Assembly (NCBI GenBank): GCA_965227405.1
Contig: OZ245758.1
Coordinates: 1,577,693-1,641,692 of the forward strand
Source: Polyangiales bacterium
GTDB taxonomy: Bacteria > Myxococcota_A > Polyangia > Polyangiales > Houyiibacteriaceae
Length of the DNA stretch: 64,000 nt
Reading direction: 5' to 3'
Made by a program: the position numbers and the translations under genes. Shown here piece by piece: positions 10,401-19,556 of the stretch. Each line of letters begins with the position of its first letter. The stretch's first letter is position 1. The notes under the pieces were generated by a model that did no database searches, had not been told where the DNA came from, and worked only from the letters and a program-made list of their open reading frames with translations.

Positions 10401-11821
10401 TTCGACACGCCACGCGCGGCGGCTGCCTCGGGCGTCTCAAACGGGTCGTACTGACCGGCGCAGGTGGGGTTGAGGGTCTCGCCCGTCTCAGGATCGACGT
10501 GGCAGTAGCAGTAACCCTCAGCGTCGGAGGTCTGGCAGGAGACCGGCGGGTAGACCGCATCGGGCTCGTTACGCAGGTGACGCACCATGCGCATGTAGAC
10601 CTCGTTCCAACGTGCGGTGAGATCGAACGTCGGCTCGACGAGGTGACCCGGAAGCTCGGTGCTCGTGTACCAAACGATCTCGCGGGTGCGGCGATCGGCG
10701 TACGGCGTCGGGCTGCCGTCCTCTTCCACCCAGTCGCGCCAGATGTTCTGACGGTTGGCGTTGTAGTTGAGGAAGTCGGTGCTGCCCCAGGCCGGATCGT
10801 CGGCGCCGGTGCTGCGGTCGAAGGTGCGACGCTCGTTGCGGAAGTAGCCCGCTCGGTTGAAGCGGCTGTCGAGCCAGTTGACCGGCTCGTACTCGCGGGT
10901 GTCGGAGACCTTGAGGAACGCGTTGCGGATGTAGATGGCGGTCGTGGTGCAGGTCGGGGCGTCGCCGTAGATGGACGCACACCAGTTGACCGGGCGACCC
11001 GTGAACGGGTCAGGCACGTTACCCGGGCTGAGAAGCTCCTGGGTCACGAACGAGAAGTGGTAGAACTCGCCGGGCTCGTAGTCTTCGGCGAAATCGCGCT
11101 CTTCGCGGGTACAGGCTTCGGACGTGTCGTCGAGACCCTGGCACTCCATGAAGTCGAAGGTCGGGCGCCAGCTATCCGGGAAGTCGCTCTGGCCCTGGAT
11201 GTAAAGGTCGCTCGGCTCGCGGTTATAGAAACCAATCACCTCGTAGAGGTTGGCGATCTGGCCGTAGTAGGACGGCAGCATGTTCTTCGACCAGTCGACG
11301 CGCATGTAGTCGCGCTCGTACCAGCGTCGGTCGGTCGTGTTCTCTTGGATGACGTTCTGTTCTTCGCCCGTCAGCGTCGAGTACCCACGACGAATGTCGA
11401 AGTGGCTTTCGATTGAGAACGCCGCCACGGGGTGGGTCAACGTCTCGCCCGCCGTCGCTTCACCTTCAGGGTTAATCCCCTCGATGATCTCGTAATCTCG
11501 GTACGCGAAGAGGGTGTCCTCATCGATGACCCAGCGGATGCGGGGCATCGAGGTGTTGAAAATCGCCGGGTCGACAAAGTCGATCGCAGCGTCACCGGGG
11601 TAGGTGCCAACACCGGCGGCTTCGTAGTCGACGTCGATGACGACGCGCGAGTAGTACCAAGAGCCGCTGAAGAGCTGCTTGTCGACAACATTGACGCCGA
11701 CGCGGTTGACCGCGGGGTCTTTGCTGCAGGCGCCAACCAGCAGTGAAATGGTCACCAGCGCTACTGCAGAAGCTAGCGGGGTAACCAACGAACCAAGATG
11801 AGAAATGAACGAGCGCTTCAT
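7427..11821 (-). CDS. Giant secreted zinc metalloprotease (metzincin-like HExxHxxGxxH), paralogue 2
   Basis: 1464 aa. Signal peptide with lipobox (LLVGAC). Motif HEVGHCLGLRHSF. Collinear similarity to 2741-7426, e.g. RVGVNVVDKQLF vs RVQVNLVDKSIF; NTTDRRW(Y/F)ERDYMRVDWS is conserved in both. Confidence 0.75.
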   Translation of the reverse strand: MKRSFISHLGSLVTPLASAVALVTISLLVGACSKDPAVNRVGVNVVDKQLFSGSWYYSRVVIDVDYEAAGVGTYPGDAAIDFVDPAIFNTSMPRIRWVIDEDTLFAYRDYEIIEGINPEGEATAGETLTHPVAAFSIESHFDIRRGYSTLTGEEQNVIQENTTDRRWYERDYMRVDWSKNMLPSYYGQIANLYEVIGFYNREPSDLYIQGQSDFPDSWRPTFDFMECQGLDDTSEACTREERDFAEDYEPGEFYHFSFVTQELLSPGNVPDPFTGRPVNWCASIYGDAPTCTTTAIYIRNAFLKVSDTREYEPVNWLDSRFNRAGYFRNERRTFDRSTGADDPAWGSTDFLNYNANRQNIWRDWVEEDGSPTPYADRRTREIVWYTSTELPGHLVEPTFDLTARWNEVYMRMVRHLRNEPDAVYPPVSCQTSDAEGYCYCHVDPETGETLNPTCAGQYDPFETPEAAAARGVSNPYQCHVQVPEGAQPDMNNPALSDSDFYGWFDAEMVGSECINTLRINTCNRATIEANGGTRDGMNCQERGDLRFKFMSYVDQPGTGFLGVATLRTDPITGEVITGDANIGGPALDGYRTFALQTYDIVNGDIRREDFLIGEDVRDFIENLGNVQPPAIPREEFAPRPTSAESAGFLDRTELFNRMDAFVERGQQLAGPEGRASIFSDRLNTLRGTDIERRLMENHDTLAMAGIDILPDGLGPADINDAILDRVSPFRVSPMERLQYQNDVERRIGEANVYMPNEFTDNSVMEYVIRHRDWPRARLEIELNQTLMYQTQLHEVGHCLGLRHSFKASADNRNYDDNYYYIAENLPLPEPAEFDTDGINGLNPTEQATWEDAYHAMKERRELAGIERWMDSSIMEYTAQWYERTATGTGRYDDMAISYAYGDLVEVYDNAGGLNLDEINPINTDRLWVKSYHGGESCNVDADCPYSTSGANSALLLSSNSTVGLTQTCQPDTRGAAFGNICSNIDADMAALVTGPAPRYAPVEYKFCTDGRVGTDSECHRFDEGDSYREIVRNIAEQYDRQYLFTNFRRYRSSFSLGGYLFNRLIGRQFNILQSMFQDLLYRYTQDPDYRDSTGAFGFDDHFLSTADTLNFYGRIMSQPGLGAYRWDAGWERYQLTSLDPDTAGAQLSLPLGMARYQFSEYQNGISGISRIELIGSFYEKWFTMQMLTQRGWTTSYARDVPFWTNFYDLFPVEMQQIFTGMILGQPEAIAPRVICNSGSFPDCGEPRLVYPDFYRGDCSTPATCRPSVEERFGDELVVSAGSNVTLSFLATVFALSDFPVFFDTTFQNQLFVCQRGNGACFEPNAGDVAYVPGVTDIEDADYATFFSERYGKDFIAWQVEPSEDVPNQTSIGFEMVREAEETQFLLLALQTYRGDFGGDPIDVDNLDAATRDRLDALEYSLPTSISFLDEEVDRNDGRLRQLESQFFQLIQLQNQFGVRSYLRF

Positions 11822-12183
11822 TCTATGAGCTTTCTTTCCGCCCTATTCGGGAGGTGCAGGAGCCGTTTCGTAAAAAACAAAAGGGAGGGCCGGCGTCAGA
11901 AGACGCACGACTCGAAGGCGGGTCCATACCGCCACGGCCTACCTTGGGCAACCCGTGTGCCACCTGCCCCTACAAGGGGGAAATCACCCGATCATCGAAG
12001 GATCTGGAGCGATCGGACTTCGCGCAGGAAATTGCGTGGCGCGACAGAGTGTCACGAGTTTTGGGTGAGGACGAAGATCCCCTGCGCTACAGGGATGATC
12101 GCACGCGTCAGAGAAGTAACGGAGACGCTTGGGACGGGACTCGGGCGACCAGACACGCTAGGAAGCCAATTCATTTCACCTGA

Positions 12184-12906
12184 ATGATTCCGTGGAGGGT
12201 GTGCATGCGCGAAGAAACCTGGGGCGGTTTGAAAGTCAGAATCCTTGGTGGTGAGGATCGTCACGGTGGCGGATCCGGACCTGTCGTGACTTTGCTGCAC
12301 GGTTTTGGAGCTCCTGGAACAGACCTGATCGGGCTGCTTCGTGTGCTCGACGTGCCGCGTGACTGGCGGTGGGTGTTTCCAGAAGCACCCATCGAGTTGG
12401 GCCCGATGTACGGAGCCGGTCGAGCCTGGTGGAACCTCGATGTGGCGGCGCTCGAGAAGGCGATCGCAGCCGGCAAGGGTCGGGACCTTCGCGACGTGAA
12501 ACCCGAAGGCATTGAAGACTCCGCCAACAAGGTCATCGCGATGCTCGAAGAAGGGCGTCAGCAACTCGGCGGCGAGTGGGTGCTCGGCGGCTTTTCGCAG
12601 GGCGCGATGCTCTCGTGCGACGTGGCTCTACGGTCGGATCTGGATCTGAAGGGGCTCGTGCTGATGAGTGCCGGCTATGTCGACGCGGAACGTTGGAAGA
12701 GCGCCATGCCTTCGCGAACCGGAATGCCCTTCTTCCAGAGTCATGGGCAGATGGACGCGCTACTGGGATTCGGCGCTGCGGAAGCCTTGCGCGACGATCT
12801 TAGTGCGGCGGGGTGGAAGCCCTCGTGGGTGGGTTTTCGAGGGGGCCACGAGATCCCGATGTCCGTGCTGGAAGGCGTCGGCACCTTCTTGAACTCAGTT
12901 CTCTGA
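12184..12906 (+). CDS. Alpha/beta-hydrolase, phospholipase/carboxylesterase family
   Basis: LLHGFGAPGTDL ... GGFSQGAMLS (GxSxG nucleophile elbow). About 240 aa, typical of PF02230-type esterases. Confidence 0.7.
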   Translation: MIPWRVCMREETWGGLKVRILGGEDRHGGGSGPVVTLLHGFGAPGTDLIGLLRVLDVPRDWRWVFPEAPIELGPMYGAGRAWWNLDVAALEKAIAAGKGRDLRDVKPEGIEDSANKVIAMLEEGRQQLGGEWVLGGFSQGAMLSCDVALRSDLDLKGLVLMSAGYVDAERWKSAMPSRTGMPFFQSHGQMDALLGFGAAEALRDDLSAAGWKPSWVGFRGGHEIPMSVLEGVGTFLNSVL

Positions 12907-12922
12907 GACGGAGATTCTCTCC

Positions 12923-14137
12923 CTAAAACGTCTTCGGCTCAGCATCGGGCTTGTTCCGCACGAGCGGCAACACCAATAAATAGAGCGCACTCACGATCGT
13001 GGCGGCCGCGAACACGGGTACATAGCCGTAGTTGTCGCCGACGTAGCCTGCGATCGGCGCTGCTGGGAACTTCCCGAACACCTCCACACTCGCCAAGAGC
13101 GTGTAGTGCGTCGCGCCGATGCGCCGATCCACCCGCGACATCATGAACGCGAACATCACTGTGGTGAGCGCGCCACCGAAGAACGCCTCCGCGCACGTCA
13201 CGGCAATAATCGCAGTGGGCTGAGGATCTCCCGACCACGCCAACCACCACTGCGCGGCATGCGGGATAACGCGGAGCGTCGCCGTGAAGAGCAGCGCATC
13301 CACAAGCCGCATCCGAATCGCCAGCAACCCACCAAAGAGTGAACCACCAAGCGAGCAGATCATCCCCCACGTGCCCAGCCACAGCCCCAGTTGCGCTGGG
13401 GTGTAGCCCGCATCGACGAGGAAAGGACCGAACATCGCATCGGCCATCTTCTCGCCGATCTTGTAGGTGCCGACGACGACCAGCAGTCGCCACGCCCCCG
13501 ACTGAAAGAAGGCCGACTTCAGTCGATCAACAATCTCGCCGACCTTTGCTTGTGCTTCACCCGAACTCGGCGGTTCGCGATGCATGGCGCTGATCGCCAA
13601 TCCGAACAGGACAAGCCCCGCCATGATCCGAAACAGGTTCGCGAACCCCAGAAACCCACTCGCCCAAACCAGCAGACCCCCGCCGACGAGCATCCCGACT
13701 TTGAAGCCCACGACCTGCGCGGTGTTGCCTAGTCCTAGGTGCCGTTCTTCGAGCAAGTCGACGGCAAGACCATCGACAGCGACATCGAGCGTGGCGGCGA
13801 CCAGATTGGCGCTGAAGATCAGTCCCAGCAGAAGTCCCAACGAGTGACTGGGAGGCGCGAACGAGCATCCCAAACACACCAGGGCGAGCAGCAACTGCAG
13901 CGGAAGGATCCAGGAGCGTCGACGGCCCCATCGAGATGAACCGAAACGGTCCACGACGGGAGACCAAAGCGCTTTGAGCAGCCACGGCAGCGCCAAAAGG
14001 TCGAGGAAGCCGATCTCGGTGAGCGACACCCCGGACTCGCGAAGAAAGGCAGGAAGTGCCGCTGCCTGAAAGCCAAAAGGCAGTCCCTGAACGAGATAGA
14101 GGGAGGCGAGCCAAACGATGCGCCGTCCGAGGGACAC
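12923..14137 (-). CDS. MFS transporter, AmpG / acetyl-CoA-transporter-like (PAT) family
   Basis: 404 aa, about 12 TM segments. N-terminal [47 protein letters not shown] is characteristic of AmpG-family permeases. Confidence 0.65.
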   Translation of the reverse strand: MSLGRRIVWLASLYLVQGLPFGFQAAALPAFLRESGVSLTEIGFLDLLALPWLLKALWSPVVDRFGSSRWGRRRSWILPLQLLLALVCLGCSFAPPSHSLGLLLGLIFSANLVAATLDVAVDGLAVDLLEERHLGLGNTAQVVGFKVGMLVGGGLLVWASGFLGFANLFRIMAGLVLFGLAISAMHREPPSSGEAQAKVGEIVDRLKSAFFQSGAWRLLVVVGTYKIGEKMADAMFGPFLVDAGYTPAQLGLWLGTWGMICSLGGSLFGGLLAIRMRLVDALLFTATLRVIPHAAQWWLAWSGDPQPTAIIAVTCAEAFFGGALTTVMFAFMMSRVDRRIGATHYTLLASVEVFGKFPAAPIAGYVGDNYGYVPVFAAATIVSALYLLVLPLVRNKPDAEPKTF

Positions 14138-14167
14138 GCGAGAGGATACCGCGATACTCTCCGCGCA

Positions 14168-15109
14168 GTGGGCGAGTTCCCGACGCTAGACGATCTGCAA
14201 AAGGCCCGTGAACGCATCGCGCCGCATGTGACGCGAACGCCGGTCCTGACCTCGCGAACGATGAACGCGCGTGCCCAAGCAGAGCTCTTCTTCAAGTGCG
14301 AGAACTTCCAACGCGTGGGTGCGTTCAAGTTTCGAGGCGCGTGCAATGCGGTGATGGCGATGGACGATCCGGTCGCCGTCGCGACACACTCGTCCGGCAA
14401 CCATGCCCAAGCTGTTGCTCTCGCCGCACAGATTCGCGGCATCGAAGCGCACGTGGTGATGCCTATCGATGCGCCGCGAGCCAAGCGCGCCGCCGTGGAA
14501 GGGTACGGAGCGCGCGTCATCGAGTGTGCACCCACGTTGGAAGCGCGTGAACGAACGTTGGAGAAGGTGCTGCTGGAGACCAACGCCACAGCGATTCACC
14601 CCTACAACGACCCCTTCGTGATCGCGGGCCAGGCTTCGGCAACACTCGAACTGCTCGAGGAGGTTCCAGGCCTCGACGTCATTCTGATCCCGGTGGGCGG
14701 TGGTGGGCTCATGAGTGGATGTGCGCTCGCCTGTCACTACACCTCACCGAACACCAAGGTGATCGCCTGCGAGCCGGCGATGGCGGATGACGCACGTCAG
14801 GGGTTTCTGTCGGGCGAGCGAATCGCTCCACGTCCGCCGCGCACCGTGGCCGATGGTCTCCGTACCGCTCTGGGCCCACTCACGTTCGCGATCATGCAGG
14901 CGCACGTGACCGACGTCCGCACCGTCACCGAGAGCGCAATTGTCGATACGACCCGGTTGATGTTCGAACGGATGAAACTCGTGGTCGAACCCTCCGCTGC
15001 GGTGCCCGTCGCCGTCGCTTTGGAAGGGAAGTTGTCTACAAAGCGGATTGGCGTGGTGATTTCCGGAGGGAATCTGGATCTCGACCGGCTACCATGGCAG
15101 GAGAATTAA
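14168..15109 (+). CDS. PLP-dependent serine/threonine dehydratase family enzyme (serine-racemase / threo-3-hydroxyaspartate dehydratase-like)
   Basis: 313 aa. FKFRGA with the PLP-lysine context. SSGNHAQAVALAA and a Gly-rich loop PVGGGGLMSG, as in the PALP fold. Confidence 0.75.
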   Translation: MGEFPTLDDLQKARERIAPHVTRTPVLTSRTMNARAQAELFFKCENFQRVGAFKFRGACNAVMAMDDPVAVATHSSGNHAQAVALAAQIRGIEAHVVMPIDAPRAKRAAVEGYGARVIECAPTLEARERTLEKVLLETNATAIHPYNDPFVIAGQASATLELLEEVPGLDVILIPVGGGGLMSGCALACHYTSPNTKVIACEPAMADDARQGFLSGERIAPRPPRTVADGLRTALGPLTFAIMQAHVTDVRTVTESAIVDTTRLMFERMKLVVEPSAAVPVAVALEGKLSTKRIGVVISGGNLDLDRLPWQEN

Positions 15110-15508
15110 GTGGCCTATCACGACCATCACGACTTCGAGTCCTACGGCGACAAGAAAACGAAGCTCTCCAACTTCGACAAGCTCGCGGTTTGGATCTGCG
15201 TCTTGGGCGCCGCCATCATCTTCGCGCTGCACATGATCGTTGTGAAGTCATCCGCACGCGTCTACGGACGGGTTGATGATCTGATCCCGGGTATGGGCAA
15301 GGTGATCATGACCCCTGGCTACGCCGCTGCGTCGGCCATGTTGATGCTCTTCTTGGCCTGGTACGGCACTCGGATGCGTCGCTTGTTCAATAACAAGATG
15401 GCGAGCCGAACCTTGTTTGCCGGAATCGTGACGGCAATCGCCACCAACGGCTTGCTGATTTGGGCGGTGTACAGCCCGGCAAGCCGTTCGATGCGCTACC
15501 TCGGCTAA
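15110..15508 (+). CDS. Small integral membrane protein (3-4 TM segments), hypothetical
   Basis: GTG start with RBS AGGAGA 5 nt upstream. Hydrophobic segments. The start abuts the TAA stop of the dehydratase gene. Confidence 0.45.
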   Translation: MAYHDHHDFESYGDKKTKLSNFDKLAVWICVLGAAIIFALHMIVVKSSARVYGRVDDLIPGMGKVIMTPGYAAASAMLMLFLAWYGTRMRRLFNNKMASRTLFAGIVTAIATNGLLIWAVYSPASRSMRYLG

Positions 15509-15515
15509 CGGCCTG

Positions 15516-16196
15516 TTAGATGCGCGTGATCACGATCGGCTCGGGTCGTCGATCTCGGGGACGACGCGGACGACGCGGACGACGAACTTCAGGCGCGAGT
15601 TCGAGTTCTTGGTCCCAGGTGAACACCTCGTCATGCGCCGAGATGTTGAACTCGACGTAGGGCTCTTCCGGGCGAAGTCGTGAGTTCACCGTCGTGTCGA
15701 GCTTGAGGTGAAAGGTCGTCTCTGGATCGGTCTCGCGATGGAAATGTGCGACGCCCTCGGCGTTGGTCGTGGCAACCACTTCGTTGTTCAGCAGCACCGG
15801 AACGTCGGGCTGACCCGTTCGGACAATAAACGCCGCTTGGCGCTTCATCGGCGGACACGCCAAGAGCATGTGCAGTCCGGCCTGAGCCTCTGGATCCAAC
15901 GCGCGGAAGCGGTGAAGACGAAGGGTCTGCGGCCCCTCGGGCTGAACATGGCCCTCTGGACACGTGTAGGTGATCTCGACAGCGGCACCATCAGGTCCGC
16001 GCAACATCGTCTGGACAACCCCATCCTCATCCGAAGCACCGACGTTCGCGCCGTTTGCGCTCACTGCCACACCGCCGAGCGGAAGGCCCAGATCGGACTC
16101 GGTTGTGAAGGTCACCGCAAAACTCGAACTGGTCGGCCCTGTCTGAGCTCCACACGCGAGAGCAAACAAAATCGACGTAATTCCGGTAATTCTCAT
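15516..16196 (-). CDS. Lipoprotein, hypothetical; terminal gene of the Tad-like operon
   Basis: Likely start MRITGITSILFALACG (lipobox). The ATG overlaps the stop of the upstream FHA gene as ATGA. C-terminal RRPRRPRRPRDRRPEP basic tail. Confidence 0.5.
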   Translation of the reverse strand: MRITGITSILFALACGAQTGPTSSSFAVTFTTESDLGLPLGGVAVSANGANVGASDEDGVVQTMLRGPDGAAVEITYTCPEGHVQPEGPQTLRLHRFRALDPEAQAGLHMLLACPPMKRQAAFIVRTGQPDVPVLLNNEVVATTNAEGVAHFHRETDPETTFHLKLDTTVNSRLRPEEPYVEFNISAHDEVFTWDQELELAPEVRRPRRPRRPRDRRPEPIVITRI

Positions 16197-17710
16197 GGCG
16201 TACACTCCGTCCCGTTCCGTCTGACATTCCGACGGCACTCAACCTTGGCTCGAATTACAGCAGCCGCGGCTGTGTATTCGGGGTTGGGATAGTCCGATGC
16301 CAAAAGCTCATAGAGAGCGAGAGCATCTTCGAGCTGATTGGTCATCGCGGCATCGACCGCCTTCTTCTCGATCAGCTTTTGCTCTGCGACTCGAATCGCT
16401 GCAGTGCGCTCTTCTTCCGTGGCGCGACGCCCGAGTTCATCCACGGCTTCTTCGCGCGCGGTTTCCAGGTCTGCGCTAATCACGCCCATGATGCGCTCGC
16501 GTTCGGCGACCTGCTGTTGCGCGACGCGCGCGCGATCGGCCCGGATTCGTTGCCGGAGGTTGTCGGCGATCGTCTGCGCTTCCTGCGCCTGACGTTCCTG
16601 CTCCGCCACGGCCGCTGCTTCGGCAGCCGCGCGTTGGCGCTTCTTCTGGATCGCTTGCAACGTCAGTGCGCCAAGAGCCACGAGCAGGGTGATCGCAAAG
16701 AGGATCATCGTGCGTTGCGGTGGACGCTCGAGCCCTTTCTTTTCCTCAAGCTCGTCGCCGGTTGGAATCGGTGGCAACGCAAACGAGCCACCGCCCGGTC
16801 CCACGTGCATGCGGTCGCCCGGCGGAGCCGCACCCGCACCCGCATCTTTCGGAATGATGTCCGTCGCGACCGACGACTGCATCAGCGTCGGGCGTTGCTC
16901 CACGACAGCACCACCACCAGGTCCAACCGCAGGCGGAAGTGCCTGCGCACCCGGCGCAGCCATCGGCGGAACATCACCGATCGCTGCAGGGTCGAGAACC
17001 TGGGTCTTGAACTCTTGGCGTCCGCCCATGACGGGCTTGGCGGTCGAGTCGTTCATCTGAAAACCGACTGTCGGCGGAGCCGCACGCCCACCACCGGGTG
17101 CAGAGGGAACACCGGTTCCGAGACGCGGTGCGGCCAAACCCGCGGGCGGTGCAACCACGCCACCGATTGGTGTGGGTGCGGATGGACCTCCCGAATGCGG
17201 CGGAACCATCCCCTCTTCGTAGATCGCCGTGGCGTCATCGTCCGCGAAGTCGTCAAGAGAACCGATGGGCAACGCGGCTTGTGAGGTGAGTGTCGGCGCG
17301 GGCGCGCGTGGTGCAACTGGTGCCGCAGGTGCAGCGGGTGCAGGTGGAGCGGCAACAGGGGCGGGTGCGGCAGGCGCAGCAACCGCTTGTGCACCCGACG
17401 TTTCGACCGCCATCGCTCCGCCGCCAAACTGAAGTTGGCATTGCCCCGTCAGCTGTCGCCACGACTGCACGGGCTGTCCGTTGACTGCAAGCGTGCCGGC
17501 CATGGGCGGTCCGACCCAGAGTGCTTTGCCGTCCCAATACAGTTCGAAGTGAACCGCTTGAACGCCTGGCGCTTGAACGTTCCAACCCGCATCGGCACCG
17601 CTTCCCACCGTGACGCGTGCTTCAGGTAGTGCGCTCGAAAGATCCCACATGGCCGCGCCGGAGTTACCAGCGACGAGCTTGACCCGAGCCCAATGCGAGG
17701 GAGCGTTCAT
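16193..17710 (-). CDS. FHA-domain protein with Pro/Ala-rich linker, a single TM helix and a C-terminal coiled coil
   Basis: N-terminal FHA-like fold (VTVGSGADAGWNVQ...VHFELYWDGKALWV...NGQPV). Long P/A-rich low-complexity region. TM helix ILFAITLLVALGALTL. Charged coiled-coil tail. Confidence 0.6.
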   Translation of the reverse strand: MNAPSHWARVKLVAGNSGAAMWDLSSALPEARVTVGSGADAGWNVQAPGVQAVHFELYWDGKALWVGPPMAGTLAVNGQPVQSWRQLTGQCQLQFGGGAMAVETSGAQAVAAPAAPAPVAAPPAPAAPAAPVAPRAPAPTLTSQAALPIGSLDDFADDDATAIYEEGMVPPHSGGPSAPTPIGGVVAPPAGLAAPRLGTGVPSAPGGGRAAPPTVGFQMNDSTAKPVMGGRQEFKTQVLDPAAIGDVPPMAAPGAQALPPAVGPGGGAVVEQRPTLMQSSVATDIIPKDAGAGAAPPGDRMHVGPGGGSFALPPIPTGDELEEKKGLERPPQRTMILFAITLLVALGALTLQAIQKKRQRAAAEAAAVAEQERQAQEAQTIADNLRQRIRADRARVAQQQVAERERIMGVISADLETAREEAVDELGRRATEEERTAAIRVAEQKLIEKKAVDAAMTNQLEDALALYELLASDYPNPEYTAAAAVIRAKVECRRNVRRNGTECTP

Positions 17711-17711
17711 A

Positions 17712-18875
17712 TCAGTGCGTGGCGAGTCCTGCGCCGGGGTCGTTCGCGTCGGGGATCTCGTAACCCGCCGCGCGCGCCGCGTCGTAGAGCATTTGAGGAA
17801 GTTCGAGGCCCATCGCTCGAATCATGTCGAGACAACGGGGGAGTCGACCCGTGGGGTTGAACTCCGAAATCACCTTGCCGTTGTTGTCGCGACCAACGTA
17901 CTTGCGGATGAAAATATCTCCGAGCTGGTAGCCCGTGCTCGGCTCGTACCCCAGCACCTCGGTGATGTGGGTCACGCAACGCGAGCCATCGAGCAAGCGC
18001 GTGGTCTGCACGATGAAGTTGATGGCGGACGCGATCTGCGCACGCATCGCCTGGAGCGGAATCTCGACGTCACTCATCATCGCCATCGTCTCAAGACGGT
18101 TGAGTGTGTCGATCGGATAGGTCGCGTGAACCGTGGACAGACAACCACCGTGACCGGAGGTCATCGCCTGGATGAGTTCAAGAGCCTCACCGCTTCGAAT
18201 CTCACCCACCACGATTCGGTCCGGACGCATACGAAGCGTCGCCTTGAAGAGATCGCGAATGGTGACCTTGCCGCGTCCACGCGGGTCAGGGGGCTGTGCT
18301 TCCATCTGCACAACGTGCGGAAGCTGCAGCTGAAGTTCGCGCGCATCCTCGATGACGACCACGCGCTCTTCGGGAAGTGCAAAGGACGAGAGACAGTTGA
18401 GCAGCGAGGTCTTTCCCGAACCCGTACCGCCAGCGACGATCACGTTCTGTTTGGCGGCGACAACCGCCTGCATGACCTGGGCTGCTTCGGGTGTGAAGCT
18501 CTTGTATTGCAGGAGCTTTTCGATCGTCAGCGTGTCCTTGCTGAAACGACGAATCGCAACGCTGGGGCCATCTGGGGAAGCCGGCGGAATGACTGCCTCG
18601 ACACGCGAACCATCCGGCAAACGTGCTTCGAGAATCGGAACGAACTCGTTGATCTGGCGACCGACGAACTGCGAAAGGTTGCGCAGCGCGGACATCAACG
18701 CTTCGTGCGAGGGGAACTTCGCCTCGGTCTTGTAGAGCTGTCCGCCGCGCTCCACGTAAATCTCCGCAGGTCCGTTGATCATGATCTCGGACACCGAGGG
18801 ATCATCGAGAAAGGGTCGAATCGGATCGAAGAAGCTCAAGAGCGTCTGTTCGAAGACTTCACGCGGAATCGGCAT
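17712..18875 (-). CDS. cpaF: CpaF/TadA-family secretion ATPase (second ATPase of the locus; no FHA domain)
   Basis: 387 aa. Walker A VIVAGGTGSGKTSLLN, Asp box, Walker B and His box are all characteristic of the type II/IV secretion NTPase family. Stop/start are coupled with the upstream TPR gene. Confidence 0.85.
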   Translation of the reverse strand: MPIPREVFEQTLLSFFDPIRPFLDDPSVSEIMINGPAEIYVERGGQLYKTEAKFPSHEALMSALRNLSQFVGRQINEFVPILEARLPDGSRVEAVIPPASPDGPSVAIRRFSKDTLTIEKLLQYKSFTPEAAQVMQAVVAAKQNVIVAGGTGSGKTSLLNCLSSFALPEERVVVIEDARELQLQLPHVVQMEAQPPDPRGRGKVTIRDLFKATLRMRPDRIVVGEIRSGEALELIQAMTSGHGGCLSTVHATYPIDTLNRLETMAMMSDVEIPLQAMRAQIASAINFIVQTTRLLDGSRCVTHITEVLGYEPSTGYQLGDIFIRKYVGRDNNGKVISEFNPTGRLPRCLDMIRAMGLELPQMLYDAARAAGYEIPDANDPGAGLATH

Positions 18876-19534
18876 CAGACTCCTCCCTCGGGAGCGGGCG
18901 TGTCGCCCTCAGCGGGCTCGGTGTTGGCCGAACCGTCGGTCACATGATCGTCGAGTCGCTCGATGCGCTGAACCGTCGGTCGAAGTAGTTCACGAACTTC
19001 ATCGGCATGGTTGCCGTCAGGAGCGAGTTCGATATAGCGCTGCAGATACTGACGCGCGGCGTCCATGTCCTCGTGCTGCTCGTGATGGAGCATTCCTAGC
19101 GCGTAGTAGGGAACCGGTTCCTCGGGTGCGTCGCGCACCACCTTCTCCAGTTCAAGTCGCGCCTCTTCGTCGGAGCCCATCGCGATGTGCAAGGTGGCAA
19201 CGAGGTAACGAAGCGCCCAGTTTTCGGGATGGTCACGCAGGTAGGGATCCGCATGGTGCAGCGCGATGGCGTAGCGCTGCGACGCGATACAAACACGAAG
19301 CAGCGCTGGAAGTGCTTGCTCCCGGTCGTACCCCTTCTCGATCGCCGCCAGGATGTACTGCTCAGCACGCACCAGGTCACCACGCTCCGCCATGCCCAAT
19401 CCGTGGGCATAGAGCTCCTCCGCTTGGACGTCGTCCAAGGGATCTGGAGTGGGTGTTCGTGATTGGGAGGATGAGCCTCCGCATCCAAGAAGCACCGCAA
19501 GAATGATCGTCGACCTCAGCGGTGAACGCGCCAT
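18875..19534 (-). CDS. TPR-repeat lipoprotein (TadD-like)
   Basis: Probable start MARSPLRSTIILAVLLGCGGSS (lipobox). The rest is TPR-like helical repeats (AEELYAHGLGMAERGD...). Confidence 0.6.
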   Translation of the reverse strand: MARSPLRSTIILAVLLGCGGSSSQSRTPTPDPLDDVQAEELYAHGLGMAERGDLVRAEQYILAAIEKGYDREQALPALLRVCIASQRYAIALHHADPYLRDHPENWALRYLVATLHIAMGSDEEARLELEKVVRDAPEEPVPYYALGMLHHEQHEDMDAARQYLQRYIELAPDGNHADEVRELLRPTVQRIERLDDHVTDGSANTEPAEGDTPAPEGGV

Positions 19535-19556
19535 CGCAGGCAGGACTATACCAAAA

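Noticed and set aside
8519-11416. 965-aa (+) ORF
   Set aside because: Antisense shadow of the second metalloprotease gene, same reasoning.
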